Source of the DNA: Ostrea edulis
Lineage: Eukaryota
Assembly: GCF_947568905.1 (NCBI RefSeq)
Contig: NC_079168.1
Location: 3,782,001 to 3,846,000, forward strand
DNA: 64,000 bases
Reading direction: 5' to 3'
Shown: positions 53,401-64,000 of the stretch, piece after piece
How the letters are laid out: each line of letters starts with the position of its first letter
Numbering within the stretch: position 1 is the first letter of the stretch
The notes under the pieces: generated by a model
The model's database searches: none
What the model saw: the letters and a program-made list of their open reading frames with translations, nothing else
Told to the model about the DNA's origin: nothing
Made by a program: the position numbers and the translations under genes

Positions 53401-54775
53401 TAATGAATTCAGGCTTACAGTAAAACATGGTTACAGTGAACACTCTTATAATGAATTCACGCTTACAGTAAAACATGGTTACACTGAACACACTTAATAT
53501 GATGAATTCACACATACAGTAGAACACGGCTACAGTGTACACGCTTATAATAAATTCACAGATACAGTAAAACACAGCTACAATGAACATGCTCATAATG
53601 AATAAACACTTACAGTAAAACACTTTTACAGCGAACACGCTAATAATGAATTCATGCTTACAGTAAAACATGGTTACAGTGAACACAATTATAATGAATT
53701 CACGCTTACAGTAAAATACGGTTACACTGAACACGCTTTGAATTCGTGCTTTCAGTGAAGTGATTTGCAATTTTCATTCCCTTTAGTTTTGAAACATATT
53801 ATGAACTTTAATACTGGATATAACAAATTCATTTATAACAAATCAAAACTTATTCATTACCAGCATTTTATTTAATTGTACAAGATGATGATATGACAAC
53901 TGTGTACTGTTTTATAACCTCCTTTTTATTTCAGATACACTCGAAGTACAGGGTATCGTTCAGAAGATGATTTTGTACAGAGTTACTACCAACAGCGAGC
54001 TAGACAACAGAGAACAGGCGATATGTACAATGATTTATACGATGAAATGATAAGAAAAAGCGAAGAAGCAAGACGAAAGGCATATGGTGAATATTACAGA
54101 GACCAAAACAGTAAACAGAAAGCATATGAGGACTTCTACAAAAACCAGGAAAGAAGGCGGAGAGAATTTGAGAACATATATAAAGAATATTATCAGTATC
54201 AATCGCCCGGGTACATGCGAGGCAACCCACGGAGTGATTATAGTAGAAAACAACAGTACCACCCTCACCCTTATACCTCACCATTCGGGAATTTTCTCTT
54301 CACGTTTATATGGCTCTATATTGCTATCAAAATATTGATGTCATTAGTATGGAGTAATGGTATGCTGAATTTTTTTCCTGACCTTTTCTTTTTACTGTCA
54401 AATTACTCTTTCATTTATCACTTCTCTGTTACGTTTATATACGAGCAAATTTATTATTCAAATAATATGGAAACATGATTGTAATGACAAGGAGATTTTA
54501 AAAGAAATTTCCTATTGGGAAACATTTATTGATTTATTGTTATGTTTCTGACTGTCAGATGATTTCAGGCCTTCAAGCAAATTTGATAAAAAAGATTAAA
54601 ATGTGATTTGATTTTTCAATTCAAAAATCAATTCAAACATTACATTTTTAATAATAAATAATCATACAAATGCATGTTCAACTTGTAGCCTAAATATACA
54701 TGAACAACTTTTCGTAATAATTTTTTTTGCACCGTTCTGTTTTTATTTTTAGGTCACTCAGAAAGAGACAGATAA
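47406..54775 (+). CDS. DNAJC4: DNAJC4-like J-domain protein, paralogue C, ~259 aa; exons 47406-47482, 50165-50270, 50508-50656, 53935-54359, 54753-54775 (last exon less certain)
   Basis: [27 protein letters not shown]|[36 protein letters not shown]; Y/R/E-rich linker; TM-like [20 protein letters not shown]; phases 2,0,2,1; 780 nt. A further exon at ~56018-56200 (AATAAA ~56178) may be 3' UTR or an alternative coding end. Confidence 0.87.
47605..48006. mobile_element. MITE family 2 (CAGGGCTTGATGCTAAC ... GTTAATTTCGAGCCCTG) with 5-bp TSD
   Basis: Imperfect TIR; ACCAGTC subterminal repeats; ATCAA on both flanks (47600-47604, 48007-48011). Confidence 0.8.
48065..48892 (+). mobile_element. Helentron/HINE-type element with ~4 internal tandem units (GACCTTGACC motif)
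   Basis: TTATACCCCCCG start, complementary CGGGGGGTA near the end, hairpin GTGAG...CTCAC, terminal CTTGTT. Confidence 0.75.
49234..49646. mobile_element. PIF/Harbinger-like MITE
   Basis: TIR GGCCAAAAAATATATATGTTG / CAACATATATTTTTTTTGGCC; flanks TTA/TTT. Confidence 0.65.
50904..53745. repeat. ~48-bp minisatellite (AATGAATTCATGCTTACAGTAAAACATGGTTACAGTGAACATGCTTAT), ~50 copies, paralogue C intron 3
   Basis: Direct reading; explains ORFs 50982..51731, 53075..53314 and 53084..53770. Confidence 0.95.
52228..52692. mobile_element. PIF/Harbinger-like MITE inserted into the 48-bp array
   Basis: ~33-bp imperfect TIR GGCCAATTCAACTTAATTAG.../...ATTAAATTGAATTGGCC; TTA TSD (52225-52227, 52693-52695); the array resumes in register. 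Confidence 0.85.
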
Positions 54776-54999
54776 CATAAAGGTACTATATACAATAAGT
54801 TGTATGACATAAAGGTACTATATACAATAAGCTGTATGACATAAAGGTACTATATACAATAAGTTGTATGACATAAAGGTACTATATACAATAAACTGTA
54901 TGACATAAAGGTACTATATACAATAAGTTGTATGACATAAAGGTACTATATACAATAAACTGTATGACATAAAGGTACTATATACAATAAGTTGTACGA
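54776..54999. repeat. 32-bp tandem repeat x7 (CATAAAGGTACTATATACAATAAGTTGTATGA)
   Basis: Copies at 54776, 54808, 54840, 54872, 54904, 54936, 54968. Confidence 0.95.
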
Positions 55000-55368
55000 C
55001 TGATGATGTTGACTTTATATATAGTAAAACACACTGATAGCGAAGTGCAGAGGACAAAAAAGTTGGATTCATTGTAAATGTAATTTGTTATATCCCATAA
55101 GATTATATGGTTTTGAATTGCAGGAAATGAAAATCACTGAATAAGCATGAATTGATTATATAAAGCATATTTGTTGTGACAAAATTTTACTGTATACTGG
55201 TTGGCATGTAGTGTTTATAACCCCGGGAACTGATGAACATCCCAGAGGTGAATGACCTGAATTATTCCAATAATAATGGAGACTCATTTATTGTCCCTTG
55301 AAAACTTGAAGCTTTGAAATGTTATAGTTAACTGAGTTTACAGAAATCATATAGACAAGAATTATATT

Positions 55369-55916
55369 TTATGCCCCATTTAACAAAGAGGGGGCATACT
55401 GTTTTGCACTTGCCGGTCTATCTGTAGACCAAGTCTTTTCCACTTAATATCTTAAGAACCCTTTGCTTGACAGACGTTAAACTTTGTACACTGGTACATC
55501 TGATAAAGGAGTAAATGACCTCTTGATTTTGAGGTCACATGGTCAAGGGTCAATCCACTCTGGACATAGGAAGATATTGTCTGCTCAATATATTGAGAAA
55601 CCTTTGTTTGAAATACATCAAACTTGGTACATGGTAAGGAATAGATTAACCCTATTGATTTTGGGTTTGCATGGTCAGAGGTCAAGGGTCAAACTGGACA
55701 TAGTAATATATTGTCTATATGCTTGATTGGCACCAATCTTGGTTCACTGGTACATCCTAAGAAGTAAATGACCCCTATTGATTATGAGGTCACATGGTCA
55801 AGGGTCAGTCCACTCTAGAAACAGGAAGATATTGTCTGCTCAATATCTTGGAATTGTTTTGGCACTAAATGATACTTGTGTATAACCCTTTTCAATTTTG
55901 CTCCACAGGGGCATAC
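55369..55916 (+). mobile_element. Helentron/HINE-type element fragment with two internal repeats
   Basis: TTTTATGCCCC start, AGGGGCATAC end, duplicated GAGGTCACATGGTCAAGGGTCA units. Confidence 0.65.
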
Positions 55917-56950
55917 AGAATTTGTATGAAATAAACAAATTATGTGTTATAAAATATCATATTGTTTTTCTTTGTGTGCGTTACTTTATTTATAGTTTAT
56001 ATAATATTTCATTTACAGGGCAATTTTCAGTTCCAGTTGTATGGAATTTAACAGACTCGAAAGGACATCATGAAATAGATATTTTGTTCTGTTGTTATTT
56101 GATATTGATATATATATATATATATTTTGAATGTCTGATTAAATTTCTATTAAGTATGGATAGTCTGATGTTCTTCAATAAAACCTCATGTCTGAAGGAC
56201 AGAAAAGACATATAAAAAAGCGGAAAAATCCAGCAAATTTTCAAACAACTTTGGGGGGGGGGTGTCATGTCACAGCACCCCCAAAATGGCGTAATATAAC
56301 CTTTTTGATATTTTTTCCATTTACAATTCCATACTCCCCACCCTCACTCCTGGTTTGCCTCTGAAAAGTACACTAGTTAACTTGCATTTTATGATAAAGG
56401 ATTAATTATACTTGCCTGTTTTCCCCTAATGAAACACATGGCAAACTGTTCATTATTGCGGCAGGAATATATATTAATTTGCTGCGTACACATATCATTT
56501 GCAAAAGAGATCTGTCGTTAAAATATATGTGCCTCCCAAAAAAAGTTTGCGTTATATAGTTCCGATTTATAATTTAATCAACATCATTTAATCAAATTCA
56601 AAGTCATTTTTTAATTTCAAATTATCAATATCGTGTCGAATTTCACTTTCATGTACATGTAGTAGACCATCGTCTCCAGAGAGAGGAACGAAGCGTAATC
56701 AACTGTGGGTTTCCGACGATGGTAGTAGACGTATTTATGATATTCTTTGTTATCAATAACATTTACCGTATATACCTGTCGAAAATACAATTCGTAAAAC
56801 AAACGTAAGGTCAGTCCAAGTGCACAATGCAAGCTGGTATTACAAAACACTTTAGAAAATAATTTTGTGCATTCTTTTCTTTTTGAAATTGACAAGAAAC
56901 CCTGTTTCCATGCACAGAAAATGGTGATAAAACCCAGGAGGTTATGGGGA

Positions 56951-56984
<34 letters not shown>

Positions 56985-57099
56985 ATGTACCAGGGTTTTG
57001 CCATGGACCCACTGGGGACCTCAGGTGGCCCCCAGACTCCTAGCCGTACATTGCTTACACTTTTTCTAGCTACGCACCTGTAAGATATTCAATGTATAA

Positions 57100-57413
57100 C
57101 AAGTTGATGGAGCTGGGGGTTTCACCAGTCTCGATTGAAGTCGGCATCATTTGGTCAAATGCTGTCTGACGTGTTTCATACCGATTGTTAGGCCGTACTT
57201 GCTACACTGATTTTGACTACGGATAACCCCGTTTACCTGATCAGGATATAGGGCTCACAGCGGGTGTGACCGGTCGACAGGGGATGCTTACTCCTCCTAG
57301 GCACCTGATGCCTCCTATGGTGTGTTCTGGGGTCCGTGTTTGTCAAACTATCTATTTTGTATTGCTTATAGGAGTTGTGAGATTGATCACTGTTCGTTAT
57401 CTTCACCTTTCAT
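57100..57413 (+). mobile_element. 3' end of a retroelement (probably Penelope-like or other non-LTR; family uncertain)
   Basis: Decayed ORF end ...FHQSRLKSA/SFGQMLSDVFHTDC*, followed by a 3' region also present inverted at 33765-33985 and 39168-39450. Confidence 0.6.
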
Positions 57414-58585
57414 TAAGGTACACAGAGTGTATATATTCTGTTATCCATAGGCGGAATTGAAGGTATGACGATATTTCAAGGTTCTTTGGTTGTTAATGAC
57501 GTACGTAAACCCAGCAACCAAATATATTACCACTCAAAACCGGTGTGAATTTACCCGCAGTCATCTTTTTAAACTTACTTCCTTTATTTGTATGCCCATG
57601 ATAGCTAACTATAGATCCTAAATTCCTAATACAGCTTTTATTAAGTGCTATATAGCACATATATGCATGGTCATCCTCGACAGCCAAGGACTGGGCTCAC
57701 GACCCACTCCGTTCACAAGGATTTCTAGCGAAGATGGTTTGCTGAGGTAATTTTAAAATTAGTAAATAACATAAACAAACGTGTATTTATACAGGACCCA
57801 ATATTTGAATGTGAAATAACATATAAACAAACATCTAATTCGCTATGTCCTTATAAAGGACCAACGTAAAATAACGTAAACAAACATTTAATTCACTATG
57901 CCCTTATACAGGATTCAATACTTGAATATAATAAACAAACATTCAATTCACTATGCCCTTATACAGGATTCAATACTTGAATATAATAAAATAACAAACA
58001 TGTCTGTAAACTGCAGTTGCGTGATAAAACTACAACACAGATTGAAAGTTCACTCAGCCGTAGAGATTTTCTGTATAAATTCAACTGAATGCAATTAACG
58101 GGAAAGCTATACAATAGAAAGTAATGCAATGGAATGTAGTGGCCCTGCAAAACATTAAATATCCCCGACTTTAGAAATATATGCATGATGCAGCAAACGT
58201 ATCAATTGCAGTAAACATAAATGATATAATTATAATCTTCACAACACATATCTATACATGCTAAACGTATTTTCTCAATATAAAATATCTGAAACACTCT
58301 TAAATTTAATTTATAAAGTGATCTCTGCTGAACCTTCCGACTATTACAATTAAGCTATAAAATTAAAATTATTCACACTTTATATTTACACTAATTATAA
58401 TAAAGGTATTTAATTTACCGAAATTATGGACTTTTGGTCGTTTTGATGTTTTATATCGTGTACAATTGTGTACTCTGCTAATCTAAATTGAACATGCAAA
58501 TTGTTAGTTATAAGCAACCTGGATCCAAATAAATATCGCACCATATGAATGAAAGTTGAACATACCCAAATGCTGAATATATATA

Positions 58586-59242
58586 TGTAAGACTCTACAG
58601 TGCAATGGTCGCTCCAAAGTGCGATGGTCTGCGTCAAAGTGCTATGGTTTGTTAACGTTACGGACGCCAAAGTGCGATGGTCACGCCAAAGTCCGTTCAA
58701 TAACGTTTGTGAGGGTCTTTCAAAATAAAACCGATCGAAGAAATGCAACATGGACGACAGCAACAGCAAGGCCACGGTTTACACTGTTGAGGATAGTGAG
58801 AACGGCAAAGTACATTTGTTGTCGAACTATCTACTTCGCCCAAACATTCTTTAATTCATGATCATTTATTACTTTGACGTACACGTATTTTCCTTGGGGC
58901 ATGCTATGATACAAAACATTCTATTCGATTTTGTGTTGGAAAATGTTGTGTTTAATATCACAACTAAATGATAATATAATATTAGTTCTTATTCTTATTT
59001 CTCTGCATGAAATTTGCACTGATATTTTGGTGAAACAACACACGGTTGGTTCAGTCTGTACCAAAACACTGTCTCGTTTACAAACCAATGGATTTCGGCG
59101 TGTCACACCATTGCACTTTGGCGTGTCAGATCATCGCACTTTGGCGAGAGTGTGGACCATCGCACTTTGGCGTGTCACACCATCGGGGTTTGGCGCAGAC
59201 CATCGCACTTTGTGGAGTCCCATCGCACTTTGGAGTCCTACA
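58586..59242. mobile_element. 657-bp non-autonomous TIR element with TGT...ACA ends (Ginger-like)
   Basis: TGTAAGACTCTACAGTGCAATGG versus reverse-complemented right end TGTAGGACTCCAAAGTGCGATGG; repeated CCAAAGTGCGATGG subterminal motifs inverted at the two ends; TATA on both flanks. Confidence 0.7.
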
Positions 59243-61010
59243 TATATACCAATGTTCACCAAACTCCTATTGGAATAGAATACTATTCTGCCTTTCTATC
59301 AAGTGGCATGGGACTGATTAAATATGAATAAAGTTAAAATCAAAATTGTAAAACTATGTACATGAAATTTCTGCTTCGCTCCATGTCCTTATGTACAGGA
59401 ACCAATTTATGAATGTGAAATTACATATAAACAAACATATAATTCGCTATGTCCTTATACAGGACCAATACTTTGAAAGACATATCACAAAGGGGCTACT
59501 TTAAATAGTTAGAAAATGAGTCTGAGAAGATAACTAAAGACGGTGTGGGGTCCATGGCCCTGGATTTGCCTGTGTTTGAAATAAAACGGAAAACGTGCAA
59601 AAATCAAGCATTCGTTATCTTTCTTTTATGAAAGAGGCCCACAGGATTTATCGGTCACCTGAGTATCAAACTATTCTGATGCAAGGGCTACGAAATCAAT
59701 AATAATTTGGAATCAAAAATTATTTTCCTGTTCTGCATATCTAAACTAAATTGTAATATTCAGCAGCTATACAAACAATTTCAAGATGTGCTGTGTTACA
59801 CACACCCGCTCCCCGAAATTTAAATGTCCATACTAATGAAAAACTTTAAAATACATTATGTATTAGATTAACACTATATATGACTATTTTATGGACCCAC
59901 CCTTGGAGGTAGTGTCAGAACCCTGGTGTTGTGAAATGTTTTTTGCTTTTCCTATATCTACATCCCTGACATGAGGTAGATAGGTAGATTAGTCCACAGA
60001 CACTAGTATGGATACTATAGTATTTCACAAGTGGTCATCTCAAAAGCTGACAGAAGGTAGAAACTGACTATTCAGAACGACTTATGAGGGGGGTCGGTAG
60101 AGAAATAACATATTTTGGATAAATTATTGATTCTGTATAAAAATGATTTCGAGTCATTTTAGAAGCGGGGAGGGGGGGGGTATGTACAAGCTATCCACAC
60201 TTCAGGTGCCTGTGGTTTCAAGTACCTGGTCTGATATAAATTGAAACAAGAAAAAAAAACTAATATATGATAAATAAAGCATAACGACAGCTCTCGGGAG
60301 AATAAATAGGACAGCCGATAGTTTTTACAATCGATCCGGAAATGTCATATTGTGACAGGGTTTCAATTTTAGTGTCCATCTTATTATATCCGGTTGCTGT
60401 GTCCTGTGTTTCATAAAATGGTCAAAGTCATGGTCATTTTCGTTAAAAATAGACCCAGCTCTTGTTTTTCTTCGATTGTACAGTTGCAACATAAAGATAA
60501 TCTGACAAAGGTATATTTCAGCACTTTGTGCAATTTATACTACAGTTGCATTTTACTTGCAGTCACACGAGACTTTTTACAGACTGTGATGTCAGTCTCA
60601 CTGCATGCTGCACTGCCTTGCAGAATTCGACCAGTATGCTTCTTTCTTATTAGTGTCCATTAAAGTCGTGATTATGTCGTTGCTTGGTTCAAAATATTAC
60701 CGCCTGAAGTAAACTTTTATTAACTTTTTACATTTTGAACAAATAGATGTTGATTGTTTACGAAGACAGTTCTTATATCATGCACATTTCAGTTATCTGA
60801 TCTGCACGTTCATCTTAATGCCTGTGATTTGGTGAAAGATTCATACTCCAATAGGGTGGAATGGACACCTTTACCAACTTCAAATTCAGGTACTTATGCT
60901 TATTGCTTGTAGACTTATTTTGACGAATTGTTGCCACATACTGCACAATTTGCAATTTGGTGAGAAAGGCAGGCGAGCACTGTAGGCCACTTAAAGACTT
61001 CTTGTTTTTG

Positions 61011-61103
61011 TTAGCTCACCTGAGCTGAAAGCTCAAATGAGCTTTTCTGATCACCTATGTCCGCCGTCTGTCTGTCTGTCTGTAAACTTTTTACATTTTC
61101 GAC

Positions 61104-61144
<41 letters not shown>

Positions 61145-61758
61145 CAAAATAATCCTTGGGTGAAGGGCTTTCAAGCTTGTTCAAATGAAGGGCCATGTCC
61201 CTTTCAAAGGGGAGATAATCACAAAAATGCAAAAATATGGTGGGGTCATTTAAAAATCTTCTTCTCAAAAACCACTGAGCCAGAAAAGCTGAGATTTACA
61301 TGATGCTTTCTGACATAGTGCAGATTCAAGTTTTTTTAAATCATGGCCCCGGGGGTAGGATGGGGCCACAAGGGGGGATCAAAGTTTTGCATACAAATAT
61401 ATAGGGACAATCTTTAAAAATCTTCTCAAGAACCACTGAGCCAGAAAAGCTGATATTTACATGAAAGCTTTCTGACATAGTGCAGATTCAAGTTTGTTCA
61501 AATCATGGCCCCCGGGGGTAGGATGGGGCCACAAGGGGGGATCAATGTTTTACATACAAATATAGGGAAAATCTTTAAAATTCTTCTTCTCTAGAACCAT
61601 TGGGCCAAAGAAGTTGACATTTACATGAAAGCTTTCTGACATAGTATAGATTCAAGTTTGCAAAAATCATGGCCTCCAGGGGTAGGTTGGGGCCATATTA
61701 GGGACTAAGGTTTTACATGCAAATATATGGGAAAGTCTTCAGATATTGGCCTAGGCGA

Positions 61759-61793
<35 letters not shown>
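61011..61793 (+). mobile_element. Second Helentron/HINE element with ~4 Cg170-type units
   Basis: Same termini and repeat unit as 30644-32234. Confidence 0.9.
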
Positions 61794-61794
<1 letters not shown>

Positions 61795-61925
61795 AAGGAA
61801 CAAATGCCTAAGTTTCTTGTATTACGGGGGTGTATAAACAATAAACATGATAAAGCACAGAGTAATAATAATTAATTTATATAAGCTGAAATTTATTACT
61901 ACATACTTATATCATTCACTTTTAA

Positions 61926-62460
61926 AGGGGTTTTACCACGATTTTTAATGTAATTAAAATCAGAAGGAGTAACCTTAATAAAGCACGTTTCTGCTGTTAT
62001 ATTGTTTCATTACTCCCAATAATTGATACAAACATGCATTTTATCTGCATATATTCAAAGCTTCCGCTTCTCAAATCGTCACTAATGAGCTACTAGTCAC
62101 GTGATACGTCATGACGTCATACGTGTCAATGTGCTGCAGCAGCTATGTATATGTGTGTGTGAATAGATTCTATTTGAAAGTCATAAATTATACAGAATGG
62201 ATAGTTAATGTTCCGACATCGATGACACCCCGTTAGTATTTAATATTCCGCCATACATATTTGAACCTGCCGCTGAGCTAAATCTTAAAGAAATTCCCTC
62301 AGCAAACATTTATATTAGCCTAATACTACATCGACATTGACCACTCGGACGGAGATCCTGCTCACAGAAAGGATGGAACGTTTTCAACTTTTGGTAAATA
62401 TCTGAATGACACATTTCGTTTGCCAACATTTTGACTGTGTTCCCTTGTAGATCATAATAT
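61926..62460 (+). mobile_element. Kolobok-like element start with decayed 'PYIFEP' exon
   Basis: TTAA|AGGGG start; TGACGTCA/CACGTG motifs; ATG at 62197 reads MDS*CSDIDDTPLVFNIPPYIFEP; donor at 62393. Confidence 0.4.
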
Positions 62461-63227
62461 TTTTAAAGCATTAGAGGTCAGTATATGTAGAGTGTAACAT
62501 GCATTAGCCAATGCTAATCTAATTAAAATCAGTTCTTCTCTAACCGTTACACTGGAGAAGGTAGAGAAGATTTGCTATTAATTAATAAATTGATGCATTA
62601 ACCTACAAAGTGTCGACGGAAACAGCCGATTTACGGATATCGATTTAATTTATAATTTTATTTTTCAAAGGGGGAGGGGGGGGGGGGGGGGCAGCCGGAT
62701 TTTAAAATTACCAATCTGATGAAAATCTATCGACTTCTTAAATCGTATAGTGTGTGTTTAAGAGGGCGGGATAGAGAGAGGGGGGGGGGGGGAGAAATGG
62801 GGCCAATAGTCGTAACCTCTACCTTAGAATCGTCCCTCTCATTACTTTAAAAAAAAATATAGGGGGGGGGGGGGCTGTCATTCATTATATTGTTGCAATT
62901 TTTTTTCACCATGTTGGCACGCACCGTCATTTTTTAAAAATAAAGCCGCCGTATTTCAGCATTTTTGACGATTATTATCTGGCATTTTTTCGACTTTTTC
63001 ATTTTCTTACTATTTTAATCTGGGAGTGGGGGGAGGGATCATTTTTGTTTCTGACTTTTTAAAAATTGGTGGTTTCTCAATATCAGAGAAATAAAAGTAA
63101 GAGATTAAAATTTGGGACCTGAAATGGCCGTTTTTGTTTTATGTTACACATTAAAAATATTCATTTAATGTTGACAGCCAAAATTTTGACCTTCTGAATA
63201 CAAGAATAAAAGCAATATTTAAGCCTT

Positions 63228-63740
63228 AGGGACTGGTTCACGATTTTTGATAAAAATATTTTTCATTTTTTATGTTAAACATTAAAAATATAACTTATTT
63301 GATATTGACAGCCAAAATTTTGACCTTTTGAATGCAAGAATAAAAGCAATATTTTAGCCTTAAATCTATGTTATGTAAACAAAGACTCACTTTTTATGTA
63401 TACAAACAAACCAGTGAAATATTGATTTTGTAATATAGAGCATCTTAATTTTGCGTAGTCACAAATTTTAACGTTTAGATGACACATTTTACCCCCAAAA
63501 TGCTTGAAATGCGAAAGATATAATAAACTTAGATCGATATCCATTTCTTTTGAAAATATCGTAAACAATAACATACCAAAATCTTTGTTTACAAAACAAA
63601 TGATAAACTCTCTAAAATTAGCTTCTGTGATAATGTATAGCCTTAATTTTTATGTAAAATCATTGAAACACATTACACCTTAGATTCTGATCATTAAAAG
63701 TGAAAAGGAAAATTTGGGGGGAAATCGTGAATCAGTCCCT
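63228..63740. mobile_element. TTAA-type (Kolobok-like) MITE nested inside a copy of its own family
   Basis: TIR AGGGACTGGTTCACGATTT / AAATCGTGAATCAGTCCCT followed by TTAA; the outer copy (from ~63100) resumes at 63741. Confidence 0.75.
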
Positions 63741-64000
63741 TTAAATCTCTGTTATGTAAACAAAGACTCTTGTCTTTTTGTGTTTACAAACCAGTGAAAT
63801 TTAAGTATTGTAATTTAAAGCATCTTGATTTTGCACAATCAAAAATTTAACTTTTTCATGACACATTTCACCAAAAGAATACTTGAAATATGATAGATAT
63901 AATAAACTTAGATTGATATCCATTTCTTTTGAAAACGTAAACAATAATATACTGCAATCTTTTCTTACAAAACAAATAATAAAATCTCTTATATGAGCTT

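Noticed and set aside
50982-53770. His/Tyr-rich 16-aa repeat ORFs
   Set aside because: A 48-bp intronic array inside paralogue C, interrupted by a MITE.
56950-56985. Long poly-C/poly-G tracts (also ~830-865, 3010-3030, 44345-44365, 62670-62860) as G-quadruplex elements
   Set aside because: Most lie inside repeat families, and homopolymer lengths are unreliable in assemblies.
56617-57012. 131-aa minus-strand ORF starting with poly-Gly
   Set aside because: The N-terminus comes from a poly-C tract of a repeat fragment; no recognisable domain or supported splice structure.

Overview
Eukaryotic, AT-rich genomic DNA with introns. It is almost certainly a bivalve, most likely an oyster (Crassostrea/Magallana group), because 166-bp Cg170-type satellite units sit inside Helentron-type elements. 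Host genes reconstructed by hand from GT-AG splice sites with consistent frames: (1) 3' part of a minus-strand gene for a coiled-coil protein ending in an uncharacterised alpha/beta 'SRxGTD' domain (4718-6632); (2) a complete FAM50A/XAP5 gene (CDS 21438-26529, 335 aa); (3) three DNAJC4-like J-domain/transmembrane paralogues (A + 29095-32676, B - 38332-45128, C + 47406-54775) with identical intron phases, B and C head-to-head. The rest is mostly transposon-derived: a near-complete pogo-family element with a PHD-finger transposase, MITEs with 5-bp, 8-bp, TA, TTA, TATA and TTAA target duplications, SINEs, Helentron-type elements and multi-kb minisatellites. The longest ORFs in the supplied track are repeat artefacts. 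No rRNA, tRNA gene or CRISPR array was found. All assignments come from manual reading and recalled family motifs; no searches were run.
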